This document shows positions 53,197-61,896 of a stretch of DNA of 64,000 bases, piece by piece. The notes beneath the pieces are model-generated. The model saw nothing but the letters and a program-made list of their open reading frames with translations. It did no database searches and had not been told where the DNA came from. The stretch's first letter is position 1; each line of letters begins with the position of its first letter. The position numbers were made by a program, and so were the translations under genes. This DNA is from an uncultured Lentisphaeraceae bacterium. Lineage in GTDB: Bacteria > Verrucomicrobiota > Kiritimatiellia > RFP12 > DVOR01. The DNA lies in the NCBI GenBank assembly GCA_949282555.1, contig CASDPK010000011.1, forward strand, positions 2,896-66,895. Direction: 5' to 3'.

Positions 53197-53213
53197 GGGC
53201 TATCCTAAATTGA

Positions 53214-53270
53214 GATGCTCCGTATCTTGCCCTGGGATGCACTACATCTCAACTTGGGATACGGAGGGGT
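53214..53270. repeat. 22-bp-period palindromic repeat cluster (3 units)
   Basis: GATGCTCCGTATC 53214, GATGCACTACATC 53236, GATACGGAG 53258. Confidence 0.7.
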
Positions 53271-54478
53271 CAAAGTGTGACGGGGAGACCGCCGGAGAGA
53301 CGGGACTGCTCGGCGGCAAAGCAAATGAGGTGGCTTTGGAGCGCCTGCTCGGTGGTCTTGCGGATCTCTTCCGGGGAACCATCGCGGATGAGGCGAAGCG
53401 TTTCGGCAACAAGGTTGAAGTCGCCGCCATCATGGCGGGAGCCATTTGCGACACAGTAACGCGGAGGCGCATCCGTTTCGAGAGGAGCGCCATCGAAACG
53501 GCAGACCGTGAGGTGGGTGCCGTCGCAACGCAACTCTCCGCGCGTGCAGGCAATGCGGGTGGTGCGGATGTTTTCGGCCGTGAAGCCGGTCATCATATGC
53601 GTGACCAATGCACCGCCTTCGAACGACATCATGACGGCTTGATGATCGGGCACGTCGTTGTCGCAGGCGTAGACACAACGCCCATAGGGGGAGGTGCGGA
53701 CCAATTCCATCATCGCTTCCCGGGAAGGGTCGGCGAACAGATAGCGGAGCTCGTCGTGCTCAACGTATTGGGTGATGGCATTCCAAACGCACTTCTCGGC
53801 AATGTGCTTGGGGCAATCAATGCACCGCTCCGCGGCGCCCGGGGGCATCTTCTCCCTCCGGAAATGCGCGATGGAGCCGAAGCTGGAGACCTTTTGGCAA
53901 GGCTTGTCCAGCCACCACGCGAAAAGGTCAAAATCGTGCGAGCATTTGGCAAGGATGATGGGGGAGGATTTCTCGGCACACGCCCAGCTCCCACGGCAAT
54001 AGGAGTGTGCGGCTTTCCAATAGCCCATCGATTCTTGGTGGGAAATGGAGACCACCTCGCCCAGCTCGCCGGAATCGAGGATGGCCTTGATGTGCGCGTA
54101 GACGCGGGTGTGGCGGAGAATGTGCCCCACCATGACCAGGCGTTGGCGTGTGACGGCCTCGGCAATGACTTCCCGGCATTCGTCGGCCGTTGGGGAAATC
54201 GGCTTCTCAAGAATGAGATGGTAGCCCGCCCTCAGTGCCATGAGGGCGGGTTCGTGATGGAGCGCATCCGGCAGGGTCACGATGGCGAGATCGGCCTCGG
54301 GGCGTGCCTCAAGGCAATCCCGCCAATCCGTCCACGTCTGGGGCGCAGGAATCGTATCGGCCTGGATCGGATCGGCAACGCCGACGATTTCAAGCTCTTC
54401 AGGATGGGCCTGTGCGTAGTCCGCATAGGCTCGACCACGATAACCTGCGCCCAAAACGATGGCTTTATACGGGGACAT
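53270..54478 (-). CDS. Gfo/Idh/MocA oxidoreductase (cytoplasmic)
   Basis: LGAGYRG, LEKP, HSYCRGSW, KCSHDFD. Confidence 0.9.
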   Translation of the reverse strand: MSPYKAIVLGAGYRGRAYADYAQAHPEELEIVGVADPIQADTIPAPQTWTDWRDCLEARPEADLAIVTLPDALHHEPALMALRAGYHLILEKPISPTADECREVIAEAVTRQRLVMVGHILRHTRVYAHIKAILDSGELGEVVSISHQESMGYWKAAHSYCRGSWACAEKSSPIILAKCSHDFDLFAWWLDKPCQKVSSFGSIAHFRREKMPPGAAERCIDCPKHIAEKCVWNAITQYVEHDELRYLFADPSREAMMELVRTSPYGRCVYACDNDVPDHQAVMMSFEGGALVTHMMTGFTAENIRTTRIACTRGELRCDGTHLTVCRFDGAPLETDAPPRYCVANGSRHDGGDFNLVAETLRLIRDGSPEEIRKTTEQALQSHLICFAAEQSRLSGGLPVTL

Positions 54479-54510
54479 ACCGGATGGCTCTTATTGGCGG
54501 TTCGGGGGAA

Positions 54511-55077
54511 TCAGTCCCACAACGCGGTGAAGAAGGAGAAGATGCCGTCATCGTCATCATCCACTTCACGGGCGACCATGGCGGCCATCTGCTGAACGGC
54601 CTTGTCGTTGGACTTCTTGCCGATGGCTGCGATTTCATCCGCCTGATCCTCTTCCGCGCACCAGCGGAGCTGGTCAAGGAAGAAGGTGGTGCGGTAACCA
54701 TCGGTGGAGGAAGCCGCCGCGCGGAGAAGCGCCTCGCTCCAGAGCTCGCGGGCGTCCTCGGCCTTGTCGCAATCCGGGGTCATGACCAGCTGGGTCACGG
54801 CCGCGATTTGGGTAAGAACCGTCGGATCAGAGGCGTAGGCTTTCTTCACTTTGGCAAGGAGCGCATCGGCGGCCTCGGGGCTTGCCACGAAGGTCGCGAG
54901 AACCTTCGGCTGGAGCGCCTTGTTGAGTGCCTCGGCGTTGCGATTCTGCCATTCCACCGCCGTCGGTGCCGAGTTGACGGGGGCATCGGGACGGATGTCG
55001 AAGTTGAAGTTGTCCTTTGGCGCGGCCATGCCCGTGAGGGCGACGACCACCGAAAGAAGCAAGAGGGCTTTTTTCAT
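54511..55077 (-). CDS. secreted helical (HEAT-like) hypothetical protein
   Basis: Signal peptide; FFLDQLRWC HEAT-like motif. Confidence 0.6.
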   Translation of the reverse strand: MKKALLLLSVVVALTGMAAPKDNFNFDIRPDAPVNSAPTAVEWQNRNAEALNKALQPKVLATFVASPEAADALLAKVKKAYASDPTVLTQIAAVTQLVMTPDCDKAEDARELWSEALLRAAASSTDGYRTTFFLDQLRWCAEEDQADEIAAIGKKSNDKAVQQMAAMVAREVDDDDDGIFSFFTALWD

Positions 55078-55098
55078 GAGAGTATCTCCTAGAAAGGG

Positions 55099-56466
55099 TT
55101 ATGCCTTGTAGAACTCATTGTCCCACGGTTCACGCAGCGACTGATAGAGGAAGCGCTCGGCGGCTTCATCGTCCTTCGCGTGGAGCGTGACGGGGTCGAA
55201 CTCAAAGCTACGCCCGAGACGTTCGGCAACGATGGCAAGGTTGAACATCGTGCTGGAGCGGAATCCGGTCTCTTCGTTGAGGCAGAAGCGCTTGCGGGTG
55301 CGGACGGAGTCCATGAAGTCCGTCTGCTGGGCGGCAGGCTCCGGCAAGTCCTTCAGGATCTTGGCCACGTTCATCGCCTTGCCGTTGGCGTCGACCATCT
55401 GGAAGGTCTTGCCCTTGGCATCGGCATTTTCCGTCCACTCGGGGATGGGCCCCTTCTTATAGTTGACGGGATAGACGGAGGCCTTGTCGCCGCGCAGGAA
55501 GGGTTCGTCGCGCAGGGTCCCGTCACCATCGAGGATGACTTCGGTGCCATCGGCGTAGGTGAGGGTGATGCGGTCGAACCGACCCACCACTTCGGGGTGC
55601 TGCTTGGGGCCGACGTAGTCGATCTTGACCGGGCTGGTATCGTCCTTGCACAGGAGATACTGAACCGGATCGAGATAGTGCTGCGCCATGTCGCCGAGCC
55701 CGCCGGAATCGTAATCCCAGTAACCGCGGAAGGTGCCGTGTGCGCGATCCTTGTTGTACGGCTTCCACGGTGCGGGGCCGAGCCACATGTCCCAATCGAA
55801 CGTCTTGGGGCACTCCTGCTGGGCAAGATTCACGCGCCCAGACCAGAAGAACTTCCAGCTGAAGCCCTGGCCGGGGCCGACCACGCAGCGGATAGGCTTC
55901 CCGGGGGTGCTCACGAGGTTGTTTTCCACCACCTGTCGGATGGGCTTGACGGGGGTTCCGAAGCCATAGAACGAATCCTGGAAGCGGAACCAAGTGTTCA
56001 AACGGAACATACGCCCCTTGGCCTTGACGTATTCCATCACGCGCTTGCCTTCGCCGACGGTGCGAGTCATCGGCTTTTCGCACCAGATGTCCTTCCCCGC
56101 ACGGGCGGCCATCACGCTCTGAACGGCGTGCCAGTGGGGCGGCGTGCAGATGTGGACGATGTCCACGTCGGGATCTTCCAGCAACTTCATGAAGTTTTCA
56201 TAGGCCTTGACCTTACCCCAGCCAGCCTGCTCGCAACGGCGCAGGCCATTCTGCACATGGGTCTCGTCAGGGTCGCACAAACCGATGAGGCGGGAGCCCT
56301 TGAAGTTGAGGTGGTTGTAGCTGCCGGCAATCCCACCGAAGCCGATCAAGGCACGGGTGAGCTGGTTGGAGGGTGCCGTTGCGCCACGGAGAACGTGGGC
56401 GGGCACGATGTTGAAGAGGCCCACAGCCGTGGCCGCCTTCAGGAAGTTTCTACGGGATGTGTTCAT
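55099..56466 (-). CDS. Tat-exported Gfo/Idh/MocA oxidoreductase
   Basis: SRRNFLK; TPPHWH, CEKP, DWDMWLGPAP, GGLGDM. Confidence 0.92.
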   Translation of the reverse strand: MNTSRRNFLKAATAVGLFNIVPAHVLRGATAPSNQLTRALIGFGGIAGSYNHLNFKGSRLIGLCDPDETHVQNGLRRCEQAGWGKVKAYENFMKLLEDPDVDIVHICTPPHWHAVQSVMAARAGKDIWCEKPMTRTVGEGKRVMEYVKAKGRMFRLNTWFRFQDSFYGFGTPVKPIRQVVENNLVSTPGKPIRCVVGPGQGFSWKFFWSGRVNLAQQECPKTFDWDMWLGPAPWKPYNKDRAHGTFRGYWDYDSGGLGDMAQHYLDPVQYLLCKDDTSPVKIDYVGPKQHPEVVGRFDRITLTYADGTEVILDGDGTLRDEPFLRGDKASVYPVNYKKGPIPEWTENADAKGKTFQMVDANGKAMNVAKILKDLPEPAAQQTDFMDSVRTRKRFCLNEETGFRSSTMFNLAIVAERLGRSFEFDPVTLHAKDDEAAERFLYQSLREPWDNEFYKA

Positions 56467-56501
56467 GATGTTACCTTTACGATAGACGAGGGTAAACAAA
56501 A

Positions 56502-57428
56502 TCAATGGGTCAAACGTTCGACGGCCAACGCAATGTCGGCAGCGCGCTGGTTGCCACCTTCGCGCTCAATCAGGAAATTCCCGGTGTATCCAAGCGCGAG
56601 GACTTTGCGGATGAAGTCCGCTCCGCCCACCTCACCCTCACCCCAGGGCACTTCGATGCCCCACGTGCCGGGTTGCTTGGTCTTGCAGGCATCCTTCACG
56701 TGGATCTGGCGAATCCAAGGCATGAGAACACGGATGGCCTCACGCGGGTCGCCCTTTCCATAAAGGATCATGTTGGCGGGATCGAAGTTAATGCCGATTC
56801 CGGGGACTTCCTTCATGAAACGAGCCAAATCCTCAGCCGTTTCCTGCCCGGATTCGAGAATCAGCTCGACGTTGTACTTGGCGCAAGTGTCACGCATCCA
56901 TTTCACGCGCTCCACGAACGTGGCATAGGCCTTGGGGTCTGCTTCGTCCAAGAAGCCCGCATGGCAGGAGAGGTACTTCGCCCCCAATGTCTGCGTGAGC
57001 TTTGCCGCCTGCTCCACCAATTGCTGATTGCGGGGCCATGCGGCATCGGGCACAATGCCGCCCGTGCGGCGGATGGTTTCCAACGTGGAGTAATCTTCCT
57101 GCGGGAAACTGATCATGGTGGACATCAGCTTCCAGTTCCCGGAGGCGATGCGCTGCTTGACGAAAGCCAAGGCTTCGGCCCCCTCCGCCGCGCCGTGGCG
57201 CTTGTCCGGGGCGATGAACGGGGCAAGCGCCAAGTGGATGCCTTCCACCCCTGCGGCCTGCATTTCGTCACTTACCATCTCCAACGGTTGCTGGTAACTC
57301 CAGCTACAGACCCCCACACGCTCGGGCGGGAGGGGGAATTCGGCCGTGGTTTTGGGGGTGGTGCACCCGCAGACCATTGCCGCAAGCAATCCTGCGGCAA
57401 GGCCTTTCAGAAAGGTGTTACGCGTCAT
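56502..57428 (-). CDS. sugar phosphate isomerase/epimerase (xylose-isomerase-like TIM barrel), lipoprotein
   Basis: Lipobox VCGC; LESGQE, NFDPANM, IHVKD, IERE. Confidence 0.88.
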   Translation of the reverse strand: MTRNTFLKGLAAGLLAAMVCGCTTPKTTAEFPLPPERVGVCSWSYQQPLEMVSDEMQAAGVEGIHLALAPFIAPDKRHGAAEGAEALAFVKQRIASGNWKLMSTMISFPQEDYSTLETIRRTGGIVPDAAWPRNQQLVEQAAKLTQTLGAKYLSCHAGFLDEADPKAYATFVERVKWMRDTCAKYNVELILESGQETAEDLARFMKEVPGIGINFDPANMILYGKGDPREAIRVLMPWIRQIHVKDACKTKQPGTWGIEVPWGEGEVGGADFIRKVLALGYTGNFLIEREGGNQRAADIALAVERLTH

Positions 57429-57451
57429 AATGAGGGCGCTCCTTGGGTGGC

Positions 57452-58912
57452 TCAGAGTTCACGGATGAAGATGTTCCGCCACTCGATCGGGTCGCCATGG
57501 CACTGCAATTCCAGCTGTTCCTTGGCGAAGATGGGCGACTTGCGATCCCAGTAGTTCTCGAGGGTCACATTGTCCACCACGGTCTTACCGTTGAGGCGAA
57601 CGGTCACTTTGTCCCCAACCATCTTCACGTAGAAGCGGTTCCAATCACCCACGGGGCGATCCGCGATTTCGGTCGCGCGGGAGGGGTTCTTCTGGTTGTT
57701 GTAGAGGCCGCCGGAACCGATGTGCCACTGGTTGTGGGCATCCCAGATCTGCACCTGGGGGGTGCCGCGAAGGTAGAGCCCGGAGTCGCCGCGCTCCGTG
57801 AGGATGCGCCAATCGGCCCACAGCTCGAAATCGCCGTAATCCTTCTTCGTGGCGAGGGAGTAACCACCCTTGAACCCGTCAAAGAAGAGGTTCCCGTTGC
57901 GGACGAACCAGTGGCGAAGCATTTGGGCATCAGCCTTCTTCTGCATTTCGGCACGGGCTTCGGCGGTGGCCTTCTGACGAACGATCGGATTGTCAAATCC
58001 TTTTTCGGTGGTCACACCCTTCCAGTTCTTGGTCAGCTCCTCGGCCGTTCCGGCGAAGAGCGTCGTGAAGCCGGCGGGGGCGGCCATGGTCTGCTTGGGG
58101 CAAATGTCGCTCATCTTCGCATCGTCAGGGAGTTCCTTGATGCGAATGTTGCGCCACTTCACATTGTGGCCATGGCCCAGCCAACCGATCTTGCCGCGCT
58201 TGTTGTGCAGGCCGGGGTGCTGGCGCTTGTCTGGGGTGTCTCCGTTGCCCTTGAACTTGGAAACGTCGCCCTTCGTCACAAGATGGCCGTTGATGTAGAC
58301 CTCAATCTCGCTGCCGATGACGCGCACTTCCTCGAAGTTCCACTGGCCGACCTTGCGCAAGTAGCTACCGCCTTCGGCGCAGTCCTTCGCCTTGTTGCCG
58401 ACCATTTTGTTCACGTTGTCGCGGCGGCTGGGGAAGATGCCGTACATCGAGCCACAGTACTGATAGGGCGCCAACTTATCCTTCTTGGCCTTTGCGTCGT
58501 AGTACCACGAACCGCCGTCGTCGAGCAACTGGAGTTCGCACATGGCATGATACGCAGAGTCCGCCTTGGGATTCGTGATGCGGATGCCAAGGCCGTTGTT
58601 CCCATTGGGCGGCATGTTGAACTCGAAGCGAAGGATGAAGTTCCCGTATTCCTTGGCCGTCACCAAATCTCCGCGCTGTCCACGCGCCTGGCGCTCAGGG
58701 AAGCACTGCAACACACCGGGCTCCTTCTCGGAGACGCCGTACATTCCGGCGCCACCTTCCCATCCGGTGAGATCTTTACCGTTAAACAGCGAAACAAAGC
58801 CCTCCTCGACGGTATCAGGATAGCCGGCGCTAGGCGTCTGGCCACAGAATCCCGTCAGCGCCGTCGCGCCGATTGCCGTCACAAAGGCGGCTCTGATGAA
58901 ACGCATGGACAT
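57452..58912 (-). CDS. secreted protein with two DUF1080 (3-keto-disaccharide hydrolase) domains
   Basis: SLFNGKDLTGW, NNGLGIR, GDSGLYLRG, ELQCHG..WRNI. Confidence 0.9.
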   Translation of the reverse strand: MSMRFIRAAFVTAIGATALTGFCGQTPSAGYPDTVEEGFVSLFNGKDLTGWEGGAGMYGVSEKEPGVLQCFPERQARGQRGDLVTAKEYGNFILRFEFNMPPNGNNGLGIRITNPKADSAYHAMCELQLLDDGGSWYYDAKAKKDKLAPYQYCGSMYGIFPSRRDNVNKMVGNKAKDCAEGGSYLRKVGQWNFEEVRVIGSEIEVYINGHLVTKGDVSKFKGNGDTPDKRQHPGLHNKRGKIGWLGHGHNVKWRNIRIKELPDDAKMSDICPKQTMAAPAGFTTLFAGTAEELTKNWKGVTTEKGFDNPIVRQKATAEARAEMQKKADAQMLRHWFVRNGNLFFDGFKGGYSLATKKDYGDFELWADWRILTERGDSGLYLRGTPQVQIWDAHNQWHIGSGGLYNNQKNPSRATEIADRPVGDWNRFYVKMVGDKVTVRLNGKTVVDNVTLENYWDRKSPIFAKEQLELQCHGDPIEWRNIFIREL

Positions 58913-59092
58913 GGTCGTTCCTTTCAATATGCAATATCACAGCAGAGATACCAGCGAAGCATCCCATTGAAGCCATCATAGCACGGAGCAAAGGCGCATG
59001 CTTTGGTTTTATGGGAAAAAAAGAAGGTGCGTTGCGTTGTATGCAAGGCGCACCTTTTGCGTTGTCCTGAGCGAAGCCCGTGAATTATGGTA

Positions 59093-60769
59093 CTAGGGGG
59101 CCAATGCGTGGGCGAGGGCAGGGAGCGCGGCCTCTTGGGCGAGAGTCGCGGCACGCGTCCGCGCCACGGGGACAAACTTCAGGAATCGCGTTTGGCCCAC
59201 GGAGGCAAGGCGGTGATAGGCCCCGATGGCTTGGAGGAGACGTTGGATGCCCGCATAGGGAAGCTTTTCGCGGAGTTCCGCTTCTTGACGCCCAGAGGCT
59301 TTGGCATAGGCGGCAATCGCATCGTCAATGGCCTCGGGCGTCCAGTCCACGTAAGGGTCATAGAGGAAACTGGCAAGGTCGTAGAGCGCGGGGCCTCGCC
59401 GCATTCCCTGAAAGTCAATGAAGGCGGGGCGATTGTCCTTCCAAAGAATGTTGGTGCTTTGGAAATCGCGATGGACGAGGACTTGGGGCTCCGCGAGCAA
59501 CGCCGGCTTCACCCGTTGTTCCCACTCGGCCTTGGCGTCTGCCGGAAGCGGCGCCGCGAAACGTTCATAGAGGGCGACTTCCCAATCATAAAGTGCCGCA
59601 TCGAAGGGAGGCTCAAGCGGGAGATCGCCCACATCGGCACGATGGAAGGCGGCGAGCAATTCCATGACTTGGTGTAACTGCGGGAAATGCGCGTGCGCAT
59701 GCGGCTCACCGCAGGAGCAAGGCTCCGCGTGCCCCTCAAGCCGCGCGGGCGTGAATGTCACATCGCCGAGATCTTCCATGATAAGGAGGCCGGGTTGATC
59801 GGCAATGATTTTCGGGACACGGATTCCGGCCGCCGTGAGCGCACGGGCACAGGCGGCATAACGCGCGTTCTCCTCACGTCCCTCCGTCTGATAAGCAATG
59901 GCGATCACCGAGCGTCGGGGGCCGACCAACCGCCAAAACGTCCGCTGGCTCCCTCGCGCACCGAGCGGCACGAGAATGGTGTCCTCGGCCTTCCAATCGA
60001 GCAACATGAGTGCGCGGGCGACTTCCGGGGCGGGAATGGCTGCGGCATCGGCCGCATAGCGGGCGAGGTTGGGCAACCGCTTGGCGTCGCGGTGAATCCG
60101 CAGATAAGCCTCCGGCGTTCCGGCGTCGTTCCAGTAGGCCCCCTTGATGGTGACCCCGCGCACAAAACGCCCCGCATACATCGCCGCCTCAAAGGCTTCC
60201 ACAACGGAACACTTGGCCTTGCCTTCCGGCAAAAAGGTCAGCACCTCCGGTGAAAGCAGACTGATGCCCGTGAAGGTGGCGGTGTGCTCCACGCCTGGGG
60301 TGGGGGAGGCCCAGCAGGTGACGCGGCCCATGTAATCCGTCTCCACCGTTCGGGGGCCTTGTTTGGGCTCCAGCCACGCCGCCGCGAAATGGTCGGAGGC
60401 TTCAAAGGCTTGGACGATCGGCGCGGGGTCAAGGTCAAAGGCGATGTCGCCATTCACCAGCCAAAAGGGGCGCCCCTTCAAATGCGGCGCCAACGCGCGA
60501 AGGCATCCGCCCGTGCCCAAAATCTCAGGCTCGTGCAATTCGTGCAACGCCAGCGGGCCTTCATACGCCGCCACAAAGGCCCGGAGCCGTTCAGGCAACC
60601 AGTGCGTGTTCAGATACACTTCCTTCACGCCCCATTGCTCCAAGGCCTCCAGCGTCTGTGTGAGGAGTGGGCGGTTCCAAATGGGCATGAGGGGCTTCGG
60701 CGTGGAGAGCGTCATGGGGCGGAGGCGTTCCCCCAACCCTGCGCAAAGGACAAAGGCGAGATCGGTCAT
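59093..60769 (-). CDS. nucleotidyltransferase-phosphotransferase fusion (MurU-AmgK-like)
   Basis: AGLGERLRP..PKPL, NGD; then GSQR.FWR, EDLGD, HRDFQSTNI, IDFQG, YDLASFL; start could be 60841. Confidence 0.85.
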   Translation of the reverse strand: MTDLAFVLCAGLGERLRPMTLSTPKPLMPIWNRPLLTQTLEALEQWGVKEVYLNTHWLPERLRAFVAAYEGPLALHELHEPEILGTGGCLRALAPHLKGRPFWLVNGDIAFDLDPAPIVQAFEASDHFAAAWLEPKQGPRTVETDYMGRVTCWASPTPGVEHTATFTGISLLSPEVLTFLPEGKAKCSVVEAFEAAMYAGRFVRGVTIKGAYWNDAGTPEAYLRIHRDAKRLPNLARYAADAAAIPAPEVARALMLLDWKAEDTILVPLGARGSQRTFWRLVGPRRSVIAIAYQTEGREENARYAACARALTAAGIRVPKIIADQPGLLIMEDLGDVTFTPARLEGHAEPCSCGEPHAHAHFPQLHQVMELLAAFHRADVGDLPLEPPFDAALYDWEVALYERFAAPLPADAKAEWEQRVKPALLAEPQVLVHRDFQSTNILWKDNRPAFIDFQGMRRGPALYDLASFLYDPYVDWTPEAIDDAIAAYAKASGRQEAELREKLPYAGIQRLLQAIGAYHRLASVGQTRFLKFVPVARTRAATLAQEAALPALAHALAP

Positions 60770-60944
60770 GGCAACTTCCGGGCAAAATCCATCGAAATGC
60801 GGACAAAGCGGGCGGGGCTTCCATGATGAAACGCCACCCATCGCCGAACAGTATAACATAGGCAAGGCGCGTGCCCGAGACCCCGAACGCCTTGGGGGCG
60901 TTTGCGGAGACGTGGAGGGTGGGCCATCGGGGAGGTGAAAACGA

Positions 60945-61023
60945 GAGGCTCCGTATCTTGAAGGGGGATGCACTGTATCCCGGGTGGAGATGTAGTGCAT
61001 CCTGATTCGAGGTGTAGTGCGCT
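60945..61023. repeat. 22-bp-period palindromic repeat cluster (4 units)
   Basis: Units at 60945, 60967, 60989, 61011: GAGGCTCCGTATC, GATGCACTGTATC, GATGTAGTGCATC, GGTGTAGTGCGCT. Confidence 0.75.
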
Positions 61024-61040
61024 GTGCTATACTTTCCCTC

Positions 61041-61880
61041 ATGGAATATGAGGAAAAGTTGCTGGATTTGGTGCGGCGGACGTCGTGTGAGTTGCCGGCG
61101 GATGTGCTCGCCGCGTTGACGCACGCCCAGGCGGATGAGTCCGAACCCTCCCCGCGCGCCACGTTGGGGACGCTGTGCGAGAATTGCGCACTCGCGGCGG
61201 ATCAGTCCACCCCGCTTTGCCAGGACACCGGAACGCTGACCTTCTTTTGGCGCGTCCCCGCGGGGACGCCTCAGCGTCCGCTCATGATGGCGGCCAACGA
61301 GGCGGTGCGCACCGCGACGGCGCGGGGGTGGCTCCGCAGAAACACCGTCGATGCGCTGTCGGGCGCGTCCGTCGATGACAATGTGGCCGAGGGGATTCCC
61401 GTACACCATTTCGAGGAGGCCGAAGTCCCATCGCCGGAAGTGACGTTATTGATGAAGGGCGGCGGCAGTGAGAACATGAGCCGCCAGTATTCCCTGCCCG
61501 ACGCGCGTTTGGGCGCGGGGCGTGACCTTGCGGGGGTGCGGGCCTGCGTGCTGGATGCGGTGAACGCCATCCAGGGGCAAGGGTGCGCGCCGGGTATCCT
61601 TGGGATCTGCATTGGGGCGGATCGTGCGGAGGGCTATGCCGAAGCCAAGCGGCAGCTCCTTCGCCCGCTGGGGGACGTTTCTCCGGTGCCGGAGCTTGCG
61701 GCGCTGGAGCGGACGTTGCTGGAGGAGGCCAACAGCCTTGGGATTGGCCCCATGGGATTGGGCGGTCGGACAACGTTGCTTGGCGTGAAGATGACGGCGC
61801 GGACGCGGTTGCCGGCGTCGTTTTTTGTGACGGTGGCTTACTGTTGCTGGGCGTGTCGCCGCCAGACGGTAACGCTGTAG
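61041..61880 (+). CDS. Fe-S fumarate hydratase / tartrate dehydratase alpha subunit
   Basis: CQDTG, KGGGSEN, GCAP, LGIGPMGLGG, CWACR. Confidence 0.9.
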   Translation: MEYEEKLLDLVRRTSCELPADVLAALTHAQADESEPSPRATLGTLCENCALAADQSTPLCQDTGTLTFFWRVPAGTPQRPLMMAANEAVRTATARGWLRRNTVDALSGASVDDNVAEGIPVHHFEEAEVPSPEVTLLMKGGGSENMSRQYSLPDARLGAGRDLAGVRACVLDAVNAIQGQGCAPGILGICIGADRAEGYAEAKRQLLRPLGDVSPVPELAALERTLLEEANSLGIGPMGLGGRTTLLGVKMTARTRLPASFFVTVAYCCWACRRQTVTL

Positions 61881-61896
61881 AGGAAGGGTAAGACTC

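Noticed and set aside
60945..61023. CRISPR interpretation of the periodic repeats
   Set aside because: 13-bp degenerate units with 9-bp spacers and no cas genes
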